Source: Escherichia coli
Lineage (GTDB): Bacteria; Pseudomonadota; Gammaproteobacteria; Enterobacterales; Enterobacteriaceae
Length of the DNA stretch: 64,000 nt
Reading direction: 5' to 3' (one strand)
NCBI RefSeq assembly: GCF_013315695.1
Contig: NZ_CP054353.1
Shown: piece after piece, positions 48,230 through 64,000 of the stretch
Numbering within the stretch: position 1 is the first letter of the stretch
Layout: the number at the start of each line of letters is the position of its first letter
Position numbers and translations under genes: made by a program
Notes under the pieces: generated by a model
Told to the model about the DNA's origin: nothing
Seen by the model: the letters and a program-made list of their open reading frames with translations, nothing else
The model's database searches: none

Positions 48230-49330
48230 TTACTTCGCGGTCAGTAATACGCCGCACTCCATATGGTGCGTGTAGGGGAACTGATCAAACAGAGCCAGAC
48301 GTTCAACCTTGTGCGTCTGGCTTAATGTTTCCAGATTCTTGCATAACGTTTCCGGATTGCAGGAGATATACAGAATACGTGGATACGCCTGCACCATTTT
48401 CTCGGTTTCACTGTCCAGACCGCTGCGCGGTGGGTCGACAAAAATGGTTTCGCACTGATAACTCTTCAAGTCGATCCCTTGCAGGCGATGAAACTCGCGC
48501 ACACCATTCATCGCCTGAGTAAATTCTTCTGCCGCCATACGAATAATTTGGACGTTATCAATATGGTTAGCGGCAATGTTGTATTGCGCGGCAGCGACCG
48601 AAGGCTTGGCGATTTCGGTGGCTAATACCCGATCAAAATTGCGCGCCAGGGCTAATGAGAAGTTACCGTTGCCGCAGTACAGCTCCAGTAAATCGCCTTT
48701 TGAGCCTTTGGTGACGTCCAGCGCCCATTCCAGCATCTGAATATTCATCGCCGCGTTCGGTTGGGTAAAGCTGTTTTCTACCTGACGGTAGATCATCTCT
48801 TTCCCTGCGACCGGCAGACGTTCATCGATGTAATCTTGGTCCAGCTCGATTTTGGTTTTCGTTGCCCGACCAATCAGATGCACATTCAGATTCTGCGCGC
48901 GCAGTGCATCGCGCAGGGCTTCCGCTTCCTGACGCCACTCATCATCCAGCTTCTTATGGTACAGCAGGGAAACCACCGCCTGATTACTCAGCGTGGTGAG
49001 GTAATCAATCTGGAACAACTTGTGGCGCAGAACGGGATTATTACGCACACCCGCAATCATCGCCGTCATCAACTGGTTGATAAGTTCACTGGCGGCGGGG
49101 AAGCTATCCACGCGGATGCGGCTTTTGGTTTGTTGATCGAAAATGATGTGGTACAGGTCATCGCCATCGTGCCAGATGCGGAACTCCGCACGCATCCGGT
49201 AATGACTGACCGGCGAGCGAAACACTTCCGGAACCAGGTCAGAAAACGGTGCCATCATACTTTGCAAACGTACCACTTTTTCGGCTAACTGCGCTTCATA
49301 CTGTTCTGTTGGAAGGTGTTCGGGGGTCAT
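48230..49330 (-). CDS. trmA: tRNA (uracil54-C5)-methyltransferase
   Basis: 366-aa [32 protein letters not shown]; RNA m5U methyltransferase family. Confidence 0.93.
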   Translation of the reverse strand: MTPEHLPTEQYEAQLAEKVVRLQSMMAPFSDLVPEVFRSPVSHYRMRAEFRIWHDGDDLYHIIFDQQTKSRIRVDSFPAASELINQLMTAMIAGVRNNPVLRHKLFQIDYLTTLSNQAVVSLLYHKKLDDEWRQEAEALRDALRAQNLNVHLIGRATKTKIELDQDYIDERLPVAGKEMIYRQVENSFTQPNAAMNIQMLEWALDVTKGSKGDLLELYCGNGNFSLALARNFDRVLATEIAKPSVAAAQYNIAANHIDNVQIIRMAAEEFTQAMNGVREFHRLQGIDLKSYQCETIFVDPPRSGLDSETEKMVQAYPRILYISCNPETLCKNLETLSQTHKVERLALFDQFPYTHHMECGVLLTAK

Positions 49331-49454
49331 GATGTATCCTGAAAAATTAAAGTACGCGGCGATTGTAGGGATTGCTCATCAGATGTCCAGATCTTGATGA
49401 ATTCCTATTTGTGAGCTACGTCTGGACAGTAACTTGTTACAACCTGTAGCATCC

Positions 49455-49698
49455 ACTTGCCGGTCCTGTGAGTTAATAGGGAATCCAGTGCGAATCTGGA
49501 GCTGACGCGCAGCGGTAAGGAAAGGTGCGATGATTGCGTTATGCGGACACTGCCATCCGGTGGGAAGTCATCATCTCTTAGTATCTTAGATACCCCTCCA
49601 AGCCCGAAGACCTGCCGGCTAACGTCGCATCTGGTTCTCATCATCGCGTAATATTGATGAAACCTGCGGCATCCTTCTTCTATTGTGGATGCTTTACA
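49455..49698 (+). ncRNA. Cobalamin (B12) riboswitch in the btuB leader
   Basis: btuB 5' UTR contains gccggtcctgtgagttaatagggaatccagtgcgaatctggagctgacgcgcagcggtaaggaaaggtgcgatgattgcgttatgcggacactgccatccggtgggaagtcatcatctc, recognised as the btuB B12 element; 5' boundary approximate. Confidence 0.85.
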
Positions 49699-51543
49699 AT
49701 GATTAAAAAAGCTTCGCTGCTGACGGCGTGTTCTGTCACAGCCTTTTCTGCTTGGGCACAGGATACCAGCCCGGATACTCTCGTCGTTACTGCTAACCGT
49801 TTTGAACAGCCGCGCAGCACTGTGCTTGCACCAACCACCGTTGTGACCCGTCAGGATATTGACCGCTGGCAGTCGACCTCGGTCAATGATGTGCTGCGCC
49901 GTCTTCCGGGTGTCGATATCACCCAAAACGGCGGTTCAGGTCAGCTCTCATCTATTTTTATTCGCGGTACAAATGCCAGTCATGTGCTGGTGTTAATTGA
50001 TGGCGTCCGCCTGAATCTGGCGGGAGTGAGTGGTTCTGCCGACCTTAGCCAGTTCCCTATTGCGCTTGTCCAGCGTATTGAATATATCCGTGGACCGCGC
50101 TCCGCTGTTTATGGTTCCGATGCAATAGGCGGGGTGGTGAATATCATCACGACGCGCGATGAACCCGGAACGGAAATTTCAGCAGGGTGGGGAAGCAATA
50201 GTTATCAGAACTATGATGTCTCCACGCAGCAACAACTGGGGGATAAGACACGGGTAACGCTGTTGGGCGATTATGCCCATACTCATGGTTATGATGTTGT
50301 TGCCTATGGTAATACCGGAACGCAAGCGCAGACAGATAACGATGGTTTTTTAAGTAAAACGCTTTATGGCGCGCTGGAGCATAACTTTACTGATGCCTGG
50401 AGCGGCTTTGTGCGCGGCTATGGCTATGATAACCGTACCAATTATGACGCGTATTATTCTCCCGGCTCACCGTTGCTCGATACCCGTAAACTCTATAGCC
50501 AAAGTTGGGACGCCGGGCTGCGCTATAACGGCGAACTGATTAAATCACAACTCATTACCAGCTATAGCCATAGCAAAGATTACAACTACGATCCCCATTA
50601 TGGTCGTTATGATTCGTCCGCGACGCTGGATGAGATGAAGCAATACACCGTCCAGTGGGCAAACAATGTCATCGTTGGTCACGGTAGTATTGGTGCGGGT
50701 GTCGACTGGCAGAAACAGACTACGACGCCGGGTACAGGTTATGTTGAGGATGGATATGATCAACGTAATACCGGCATCTATCTGACCGGGCTGCAACAAG
50801 TCGGCGATTTTACCTTTGAAGGCGCAGCACGCAGCGACGATAACTCACAGTTTGGTCGTCATGGAACCTGGCAAACGAGTGCCGGTTGGGAATTCATCGA
50901 AGGCTATCGTTTTATCGCTTCTTATGGCACGTCGTACAAGGCACCTAATCTTGGGCAACTGTATGGTTTCTACGGAAATCCGAATCTGAATCCTGAGAAA
51001 AGCAAACAGTGGGAAGGCGCGTTTGAAGGCTTAACCGCTGGGGTGAACTGGCGTATTTCCGGATATCGTAACGATGTCAGTGATTTGATCGATTATGATG
51101 ATCACACCCTGAAATATTACAACGAAGGGAAAGCGCGGATTAAGGGGGGCGAGGCGACCGCCAATTTTGATACCGGACCACTGACGCATACTGTGAGTTA
51201 TGATTATGTCGATGCGCGTAATGCGATTACCGACGTGCCGTTGTTACGCCGTGCTAAACAGCAGGTGAAATACCAGCTCGACTGGCAATTGTATGACTTC
51301 GACTGGGGTATTACTTATCAGTATTTAGGCACTCGCTATGATAAGGATTACTCATCTTATCCTTATCAAACCGTTAAAATGGGCGGTGTGAGCTTGTGGG
51401 ATCTTGCGGTTGCGTATCCGGTCACCTCTCATCTGACAGTTCGTGGTAAAATAGCCAACCTGTTCGACAAAGATTATGAGACAGTCTATGGCTACCAAAC
51501 TGCAGGACGGGAATACACCTTGTCTGGCAGCTACACCTTCTGA
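49699..51543 (+). CDS. btuB: TonB-dependent vitamin B12 outer membrane transporter
   Basis: ORF 49654..51543; start trimmed to [20 protein letters not shown] (signal peptide) giving 614 aa; TonB box DTLVVTANR; C-terminal Phe. Confidence 0.95.
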   Translation: MIKKASLLTACSVTAFSAWAQDTSPDTLVVTANRFEQPRSTVLAPTTVVTRQDIDRWQSTSVNDVLRRLPGVDITQNGGSGQLSSIFIRGTNASHVLVLIDGVRLNLAGVSGSADLSQFPIALVQRIEYIRGPRSAVYGSDAIGGVVNIITTRDEPGTEISAGWGSNSYQNYDVSTQQQLGDKTRVTLLGDYAHTHGYDVVAYGNTGTQAQTDNDGFLSKTLYGALEHNFTDAWSGFVRGYGYDNRTNYDAYYSPGSPLLDTRKLYSQSWDAGLRYNGELIKSQLITSYSHSKDYNYDPHYGRYDSSATLDEMKQYTVQWANNVIVGHGSIGAGVDWQKQTTTPGTGYVEDGYDQRNTGIYLTGLQQVGDFTFEGAARSDDNSQFGRHGTWQTSAGWEFIEGYRFIASYGTSYKAPNLGQLYGFYGNPNLNPEKSKQWEGAFEGLTAGVNWRISGYRNDVSDLIDYDDHTLKYYNEGKARIKGGEATANFDTGPLTHTVSYDYVDARNAITDVPLLRRAKQQVKYQLDWQLYDFDWGITYQYLGTRYDKDYSSYPYQTVKMGGVSLWDLAVAYPVTSHLTVRGKIANLFDKDYETVYGYQTAGREYTLSGSYTF

Positions 51544-52345
51544 ACCACGTCCCACCGTGCTGGTGTTTGACTCCGGCGTCGGTGGGTTGTCGGTCTATGA
51601 CGAGATCCGGCATCTCTTACCGGATCTCCATTACATTTATGCTTTCGATAACGTCGCTTTCCCGTATGGCGAAAAAAGCGAAGCGTTTATTGTTGAGCGA
51701 GTGGTGGCAATTGTCACCGCAGTGCAAAAACGTTATCCCCTTGCGCTGGCTGTGGTCGCTTGCAACACTGCCAGTACCGTTTCACTTCCTGCATTACGCG
51801 AAAAGTTCGACTTCCCGGTTGTTGGTGTCGTGCCGGCGATTAAACCTGCTGCACGTCTGACGGCAAATGGCATTGTCGGATTACTGGCAACCCGCGGAAC
51901 AGTTAAACGTTCTTATACTCATGAGCTGATCGCGCGTTTCGCTAATGAATGCCAGATAGAAATGCTGGGCTCGGCAGAGATGGTTGAGTTGGCTGAAGCG
52001 AAGCTGCATGGCGAAGATGTTTCTCTGGATGCGCTAAAACGTATCTTGCGTCCGTGGTTAAGAATGAAAGAGCCGCCAGATACCGTTGTACTGGGGTGTA
52101 CCCATTTCCCTCTACTACAAGAAGAACTGTTACAGGTGCTGCCAGAGGGAACCCGGCTGGTGGATTCTGGCGCAGCGATTGCTCGCCGAACGGCCTGGCT
52201 GTTAGAACATGAAGCCCCGGATGCAAAATCTGCCGATGCGAATATTGCCTTTTGTATGGCAATGACGCCAGAAGCTGAACAATTATTGCCCGTTTTACAG
52301 CGTTACGGCTTCGAAACGCTCGAAAAACTGGCAGTTTTAGGCTGA
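51488..52345 (+). CDS. murI: Glutamate racemase
   Basis: ORF 51476..52345; start placed at [20 protein letters not shown] giving 285 aa; overlaps btuB 3' end by 56 bp. Confidence 0.9.
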   Translation: MATKLQDGNTPCLAATPSEPRPTVLVFDSGVGGLSVYDEIRHLLPDLHYIYAFDNVAFPYGEKSEAFIVERVVAIVTAVQKRYPLALAVVACNTASTVSLPALREKFDFPVVGVVPAIKPAARLTANGIVGLLATRGTVKRSYTHELIARFANECQIEMLGSAEMVELAEAKLHGEDVSLDALKRILRPWLRMKEPPDTVVLGCTHFPLLQEELLQVLPEGTRLVDSGAAIARRTAWLLEHEAPDAKSADANIAFCMAMTPEAEQLLPVLQRYGFETLEKLAVLG

Positions 52346-52390
52346 TTTGGTTGAATGTTGCGCGGTCAGAAAATTATTTTAAATTTCCTC

Positions 52391-52537
52391 TTGTCAGGCC
52401 GGAATAACTCCCTATAATGCGCCACCACTGACACGGAACAACGGCAAACACGCCGCCGGGTCAGCGGGGTTCTCCTGAGAATTCCGGCAGAGAAAGCAAA
52501 AATAAATGCTTGACTCTGTAGCGGGAAAGCGTATTAT
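52391..52537 (+). promoter_or_regulatory. rrnB-type tandem promoters P1 and P2
   Basis: P1 -35 ttgtca (52391..52396) and -10 tataat (52413..52418) with 16-bp spacer; P2 -35 ttgact (52510..52515) and -10 tattat (52532..52537). Confidence 0.85.
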
Positions 52538-52574
52538 GCACACCCCGCGCCGCTGAGAAAAAGCGAAGCGGCAC

Positions 52575-52594
52575 TGCTCTTTAACAATTTATCA
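52575..52594 (+). promoter_or_regulatory. rrn leader boxA antitermination element
   Basis: tgctctttaacaatttatca in the rRNA leader matches the boxA consensus. Confidence 0.8.
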
Positions 52595-52718
52595 GACAAT
52601 CTGTGTGGGCACTCGAAGATACGGATTCTTAACGTCGCAAGACGAAAAATGAATACCAAGTCTCAAGAGTGAACACGTAATTCATTACGAAGTTTAATTC
52701 TTTGAGCATCAAACTTTT

Positions 52719-54260
<1,542 letters not shown>

Positions 54261-54345
54261 CCTTAAAGAAGCGTACTTTGAAGTGCTCACACAGATTGTC
54301 TGATAGAAAGTGAAAAGCAAGGCGTCTTGCGAAGCAGACTGATAC

Positions 54346-54421
54346 GTCCCCTTCGTCTAGAGGCCCAGGACACCGCCCTTTCACGGCGGTAACAGGGGTT
54401 CGAATCCCCTAGGGGACGCCA
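54346..54421 (+). tRNA. gltT: tRNA-Glu (anticodon UUC) in the 16S–23S spacer
   Basis: gtccccttcgtctagaggcccaggacaccgccctttcacggcggtaacaggggttcgaatcccctaggggacgcca; cloverleaf with TTC anticodon. Confidence 0.95.
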
Positions 54422-54615
54422 CTTGCTGGTTTGTGAGTGAAAGTCACCGACCTTAATATCGTTAAAGATGACTTACGAGTCATGTTTAAGATATTTGCTC
54501 TTTAAAAATCTGGATCAAGCTGAAAATTGAAACACTGAACAACGAAAGTTGTTCGTGAGTCTCTCAAATTTTCGCAACACGATGATGAGTCGAAAGAAAC
54601 ATCTTCGGGTTGTGA

Positions 54616-57519
<2,904 letters not shown>

Positions 57520-57613
57520 ACAACGCCGAAGATGTTTTGGCGGAAGAGACATCGATAAGTAAGCTTGATAACAGATTAAATCAGAACGCAGAAGTGGTCT
57601 GATAAACAGAATT

Positions 57614-57733
57614 TGCCTGGCGGCCTTAGCGCGGTGGTCCCACCTGACCCCATGCCGAACTCAGAAGTGAAACGCCGTAGCGCCGATGGTAGTGTGGGGT
57701 CTCCCCATGCGAGAGTAGGGAACTGCCAGGCAT
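57614..57733 (+). rRNA. rrfB: 5S ribosomal RNA
   Basis: tgcctggcggcc...gggaactgccaggcat; 120 nt. Confidence 0.97.
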
Positions 57734-57744
57734 CAAATTAAGCG

Positions 57745-57776
57745 AAAGGCCCAGTCGGAAGACTGGGCTTTTTTGC
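57745..57776 (+). terminator. rrn operon terminator (T1-like)
   Basis: aaaggcccagtc-ggaa-gactgggc hairpin followed by tttttt immediately after 5S. Confidence 0.8.
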
Positions 57777-57867
57777 GTTTCTATAAACTCTTCCTGTCAT
57801 CATATCTACAAGCCATCCCCCCACAGATACGGTAAACTAGCCTCGTTTTTGCATCAGGAAAGCAGCT

Positions 57868-58896
57868 ATGAACCACTCCTTAAAACCCTGGAACACATTT
57901 GGCATTGATCATAATGCTCAGCACATTGTATGTGCCGAAGACGAACAACAATTACTCAATGCCTGGCAGCATGCAACCGCAGAAGGACAACCCGTTCTTA
58001 TTCTGGGTGAAGGAAGTAATGTACTTTTTCTGGAGGACTATCGCGGCACGGTGATCATCAACCGGATCAAAGGTATCGAAATTCATGATGAACCTGATGC
58101 GTGGTATTTACATGTAGGAGCCGGAGAAAACTGGCATCGCCTGGTAAAATACACTTTGCAGGAAGGTATGCCTGGTCTGGAAAATCTGGCATTAATTCCT
58201 GGTTGTGTCGGCTCATCACCTATCCAGAATATTGGTGCTTATGGCGTAGAATTACAGCGAGTTTGCGCTTATGTTGATTGTGTTGAACTGGCGACAGGCA
58301 AGCAAGTACGCTTAACTGCCAAAGAGTGCCGTTTTGGCTATCGCGACAGTATTTTTAAACATGAATACCAGGATCGCTTCGCCATTGTAGCCGTAGGTCT
58401 GCGTCTGCCAAAAGAGTGGCAACCTGTACTAACGTATGGTGACTTAACTCGTCTGGATCCTACAACAGTAACGCCACAGCAAGTATTTGATGCGGTGTGT
58501 CATATGCGCACCACCAAACTCCCTGATCCAAAAGTGAACGGTAATGCGGGTAGTTTCTTCAAAAATCCTGTTGTTTCTGCCGAAACTGCTAACGCGTTGT
58601 TGGCGCAATTTCCAACAGCCCCACATTACCCCCAGGTGGATGGTTCAGTAAAACTGGCCGCGGGTTGGCTGATTGATCAGTGCCAGCTTAAAGGGACGCA
58701 AATTGGTGGGGCTGCGGTACACCGTCAACAGGCGCTGGTTCTCATAAATGAGCACGATGCAAAAAGCGAAGATGTTGTACAGCTGGCGCATCATGTAAGA
58801 CAAAAAGTGGGTGAAAAATTTAATGTCTGGCTTGAGCCTGAAGTCCGCTTTATTGGTGCATCAGGTGAAGTGAGCGCAGTGGAGACAATTTCATGA
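57868..58896 (+). CDS. murB: UDP-N-acetylenolpyruvoylglucosamine reductase
   Basis: 342-aa [24 protein letters not shown]; FAD-binding MurB family. Confidence 0.93.
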   Translation: MNHSLKPWNTFGIDHNAQHIVCAEDEQQLLNAWQHATAEGQPVLILGEGSNVLFLEDYRGTVIINRIKGIEIHDEPDAWYLHVGAGENWHRLVKYTLQEGMPGLENLALIPGCVGSSPIQNIGAYGVELQRVCAYVDCVELATGKQVRLTAKECRFGYRDSIFKHEYQDRFAIVAVGLRLPKEWQPVLTYGDLTRLDPTTVTPQQVFDAVCHMRTTKLPDPKVNGNAGSFFKNPVVSAETANALLAQFPTAPHYPQVDGSVKLAAGWLIDQCQLKGTQIGGAAVHRQQALVLINEHDAKSEDVVQLAHHVRQKVGEKFNVWLEPEVRFIGASGEVSAVETIS

Positions 58897-59858
58897 AGGA
58901 TAACACCGTGCCACTGAAATTGATCGCCCTGTTAGCGAACGGTGAATTTCACTCTGGCGAGCAGTTGGGTGAAACGCTGGGAATGAGCCGGGCGGCTATT
59001 AATAAACACATTCAGACACTGCGTGACTGGGGCGTTGATGTATTTACTGTTCCGGGTAAAGGATACAGCTTGCCCGAGCCAATCCAGTTACTTAATGCCG
59101 AAAAGATATTGAGTCAGCTGGATGACGGCAGTGTAGCCGTGCTGCCAGTTATTGACTCCACGAATCAGTATCTCCTGGACCGCATCGGAGAGCTTAAATC
59201 TGGCGATGCCTGTGTTGCAGAATACCAGCATGCTGGCCGTGGTCGTCGTGGTCGGAAATGGTTTTCGCCTTTTGGCGCGAACTTATATTTGTCGATGTTC
59301 TGGCGTCTGGAACAGGGCCCGGCGGCGGCGATTGGTTTAAGTCTGGTTATCGGTATCGTGATGGCGGAAGTATTACGCAAGCTGGGTGCAGATAAAGTTC
59401 GTGTTAAATGGCCTAATGACCTCTATCTGCAGGATCGTAAGCTGGCAGGCATTCTTGTGGAGCTGACTGGCAAAACCGGCGATGCGGCGCAAATAGTCAT
59501 TGGTGCAGGGATCAACATGGCAATGCGTCGTGTTGAAGAGAGTGTCGTTAATCAAGGGTGGATCACGCTGCAGGAAGCCGGGATCAATCTCGATCGTAAT
59601 ACTCTTGCGGCCATGCTGATACGTGAATTACGCGCGGCGCTGGAACTCTTCGAGCAAGAAGGATTGGCACCTTATCTTTCGCGCTGGGAAAAGTTGGATA
59701 ATTTTATTAATCGCCCAGTGAAACTTATCATTGGTGATAAAGAAATATTTGGCATTTCACGCGGAATAGACAAACAGGGTGCTTTATTACTTGAGCAGGA
59801 TGGAATAATAAAACCCTGGATGGGCGGTGAAATATCCCTGCGTAGTGCAGAAAAATAA
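58893..59858 (+). CDS. birA: Biotin--[acetyl-CoA-carboxylase] ligase / bio operon repressor
   Basis: 321-aa ORF with N-terminal HTH and biotin ligase motif GRGRRGRKW; ATG overlaps the murB stop. Confidence 0.93.
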   Translation: MKDNTVPLKLIALLANGEFHSGEQLGETLGMSRAAINKHIQTLRDWGVDVFTVPGKGYSLPEPIQLLNAEKILSQLDDGSVAVLPVIDSTNQYLLDRIGELKSGDACVAEYQHAGRGRRGRKWFSPFGANLYLSMFWRLEQGPAAAIGLSLVIGIVMAEVLRKLGADKVRVKWPNDLYLQDRKLAGILVELTGKTGDAAQIVIGAGINMAMRRVEESVVNQGWITLQEAGINLDRNTLAAMLIRELRAALELFEQEGLAPYLSRWEKLDNFINRPVKLIIGDKEIFGISRGIDKQGALLLEQDGIIKPWMGGEISLRSAEK

Positions 59859-59887
59859 GAAAGGGGAGCATTAGCTCCCCTGAAAAA

Positions 59888-60838
59888 TTATTTGCGTAGT
59901 CTGACCTCTTCTACTGCATGATTAGCACTTTTCGTCAGGATTAAACTGGCACGCTCGCGAGTAGGTAGAATATTTTGCTTTAAGTTCAGCCAGTTGATCT
60001 CTTTCCACAATGTCATGGCAGTCTTAATAGCTTCTTCTTTAGTTAATTTCGCGTAGTTATGAAAATAGGAATCCGGGTCTGTAAAAGCCCCTTCGCGGAA
60101 TTTCAGAAAACGGTTGATATACCATGTCTGAAGTAAGTCTTCCGGAGCATCAACATATATCGAAAAATCGACAAAATCAGAAACAAATACATGATGTGGA
60201 TCGTGTGGATAATCCATCCCGCTCTGTAAGACATTTAACCCTTCAAGAATTAAAATATCAGGCTGAACAACCGTTTTATCTCCATCCGGGATCACATCAT
60301 AAATAAGATGCGAGTAAACAGGGGCTGTAACGTTTGGCACGCCGGACTTGAGATCGGAAACAAACTTCACCAGGCGATGCATATCATACGATTCCGGGAA
60401 GCCTTTCTTCTTCATCAGACCTCGTTCTTTCAGAACCTGATTAGGGTGAAGGAAGCCATCTGTAGTGATCAGTTCAACACGACGATGTTCCGGCCAACGG
60501 CTTAATAGCGCCTGCAATACACGGGCGGTTGTACTTTTCCCCACCGCGACACTACCAGCAATACTGATAATGTAAGGAATACGTTGCCCGTTGGTACCAA
60601 GAAACTGTTCCAGAACTGCCTGACGGCGCAGATTCGAGCTTATATAGAAGTTCAGCAAACGTGACAGAGGTAAATAGATCTCGGCAACTTCTTCTAACGA
60701 GAGATCTTCATTAATACCTTTGAGACGGGCGATCTCATCTTCCGATAACGTCATAGGTACGGAATCACGCAGAGCTGCCCACTGGTTGCGGTCAAACTGT
60801 AGGTAAGGCGTCATTAACGTTTGCTCTTTTATACTCAT
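59888..60838 (-). CDS. coaA: Pantothenate kinase (type I)
   Basis: ORF 59888..60994; start trimmed to [20 protein letters not shown] giving 316 aa; P-loop [14 protein letters not shown]. Confidence 0.9.
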
Positions 60839-61156
60839 AAGCATGTTTCTGGCGGTCATAGCTCTATCGGCAAAGCGATATTTGCCATGGCGCGTCACAG
60901 TTCTGTTGAATGGGTTAATGGGCAGGAGGGTAACACCAGATGGGGAGGAATAATAAGAAAAAATCTCTCCCAGGAAGCTATCGTTGAAAAGCAATGTGAC
61001 AGATATTCCATCTGATAAAAAGAATTATGGTTTAGCAGGAGCGCATTGTTGAGCACAATGATGTTGAAAAAGTGTGCTAATCTGCCCTCCATTCGGCTGT
61101 TTCTTCATCGTGTCGCATAAAATGTGACCAATAAAACAAATTATGCAATTTTTTAG

Positions 61157-61185
61157 TTGCATGAACTCGCATGTCTCCATAGAAT
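61157..61185 (+). promoter_or_regulatory. Promoter of the thrU-tyrU-glyT-thrT-tufB operon
   Basis: -35 ttgcat (61157..61162) and -10 tagaat (61180..61185) with 17-bp spacer, about 15 bp upstream of the first tRNA. Confidence 0.7.
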
Positions 61186-61199
61186 GCGCGCTACTTGAT

Positions 61200-61275
<76 letters not shown>

Positions 61276-61283
61276 TCAAGTCC

Positions 61284-61368
<85 letters not shown>

Positions 61369-61484
61369 ATTTCGGCCACGCGATGGCGTAGCCCGAGACG
61401 ATAAGTTCGCTTACCGGCTCGAATAAAGAGAGCTTCTCTCGATATTCAGTGCAGAATGAAAATCAGGTAGCCGAGTTCCAGGAT

Positions 61485-61559
<75 letters not shown>

Positions 61560-61565
61560 AGATGT

Positions 61566-61641
61566 GCTGATATAGCTCAGTTGGTAGAGCGCACCCTTGG
61601 TAAGGGTGAGGTCGGCAGTTCGAATCTGCCTATCAGCACCA
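61566..61641 (+). tRNA. thrT: tRNA-Thr (anticodon GGU)
   Basis: gctgatatagctcagttggtagagcgcacccttggtaagggtgaggtcggcagttcgaatctgcctatcagcacca. Confidence 0.95.
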
Positions 61642-61719
61642 CTTCTTTTCTCCTCCCTGTTTTTTCCTTCTGTTTATTGCATTCAACAAGTCGGGCATGT
61701 TGCCTGGTTGATGTGGTGA

Positions 61720-62940
<1,221 letters not shown>

Positions 62941-62971
62941 TTGCCGATAACATTTGACGCAATGCGCACTA

Positions 62972-62998
62972 AAAGGGCATCATTTGATGCCCTTTTTG
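62972..62998 (+). terminator. tufB intrinsic terminator
   Basis: aagggcatca-tttg-atgccctt hairpin followed by a T-run. Confidence 0.75.
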
Positions 62999-63169
62999 CA
63001 CGCTTTCGTACCAGAACCTGGCTCATCAGTGATTTTCTTTGTCATAATCATTGCTGAGACAGGCTCTGTTGAGGGCGTATAATCCGAAAAGCTAATACGC
63101 GTTTCGATTTGGTTTGCCTCGCGATCGCGGGGTGAAAATGTTTGTAGAAAACTTCTGACAGGTTGGTTT

Positions 63170-63553
63170 ATGAGTGCGAATACCGAAGCTCAAGGAAGCG
63201 GGCGCGGCCTGGAAGCGATGAAGTGGGTCGTTGTGGTGGCATTGCTCCTGGTGGCGATTGTCGGCAACTATCTTTATCGCGACATTATGCTGCCGCTGCG
63301 TGCGCTGGCCGTAGTAATTCTGATTGCTGCAGCGGGTGGTGTCGCGCTGTTAACGACAAAAGGTAAAGCTACCGTTGCTTTTGCCCGTGAAGCGCGTACC
63401 GAAGTCCGTAAGGTCATTTGGCCGACTCGCCAGGAAACATTGCACACCACGCTGATTGTGGCTGCGGTTACCGCAGTAATGTCACTGATCCTGTGGGGAC
63501 TGGATGGTATTCTGGTTCGCCTGGTATCCTTTATCACTGGCCTGAGGTTCTGA
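63170..63553 (+). CDS. secE: Protein translocase subunit SecE
   Basis: 127-aa [39 protein letters not shown]; three TM helices. Confidence 0.93.
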
Positions 63554-63554
63554 G

Positions 63555-64000
63555 ATGTCTGAAGCTCCTAAAAAGCGCTGGTACGTCGTTCAGGCGTTTT
63601 CCGGTTTTGAAGGCCGCGTAGCAACGTCGCTGCGTGAGCATATCAAATTACACAACATGGAAGATTTGTTTGGTGAAGTCATGGTACCAACCGAAGAAGT
63701 GGTTGAAATCCGTGGCGGTCAGCGTCGCAAAAGCGAACGTAAATTCTTCCCTGGCTACGTCCTCGTTCAGATGGTGATGAACGACGCGAGCTGGCACCTG
63801 GTGCGCAGCGTACCGCGTGTGATGGGCTTCATCGGCGGTACTTCCGATCGTCCTGCACCAATCAGCGATAAAGAAGTCGATGCGATTATGAACCGCCTGC
63901 AGCAGGTTGGTGATAAGCCGCGTCCGAAAACGCTGTTTGAACCGGGTGAAATGGTCCGTGTTAATGATGGTCCGTTCGCTGACTTCAACGGTGTTGTTGA
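63555..64000 (+). CDS. nusG: Transcription termination/antitermination factor NusG (5' portion; gene continues beyond window end)
   Basis: ATG at 63555 followed by [42 protein letters not shown]...; open to the window end. Confidence 0.9.
   Translation, partial: MSEAPKKRWYVVQAFSGFEGRVATSLREHIKLHNMEDLFGEVMVPTEEVVEIRGGQRRKSERKFFPGYVLVQMVMNDASWHLVRSVPRVMGFIGGTSDRPAPISDKEVDAIMNRLQQVGDKPRPKTLFEPGEMVRVNDGPFADFNGVV

Overview
This window looks like an Escherichia coli-type chromosomal segment covering the conserved rraA–menA–hslVU–ftsN–cytR–priA–rpmE–metJBL–metF–katG–gldA–frw/pfl–ppc–argECBH–oxyR–sthA–fabR–trmA–btuB–murI–rrnB–murB–birA–coaA–tRNA–tufB–secE–nusG region. Gene identities rest on reading the supplied ORF translations against protein families I recognise; no database search was run. 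Most of the window is ordinary core genome with well-known regulatory elements (met boxes, ARG boxes, btuB cobalamin riboswitch, oxyS sRNA, rrnB P1/P2). Two places break the gene order I recall for K-12 and are the parts worth attention. (1) About 2.8 kb of extra DNA sits between metL and the metF promoter, carrying two divergent genes: a 376-aa cysteine-rich zinc-ribbon protein of unknown function and a signal-peptide-bearing UshA-family 5'-nucleotidase. (2) About 3 kb of extra DNA sits between argH and oxyS, carrying an RspA/ManD-like enolase-superfamily dehydratase and an MFS transporter behind a strongly AT-rich leader. The zinc-ribbon ORF is the least explicable element and the best candidate for something undescribed, but I cannot assign it a function from sequence alone. 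frwC also appears about 78 codons shorter than I recall for K-12. All K-12 comparisons are from memory and need alignment to confirm.
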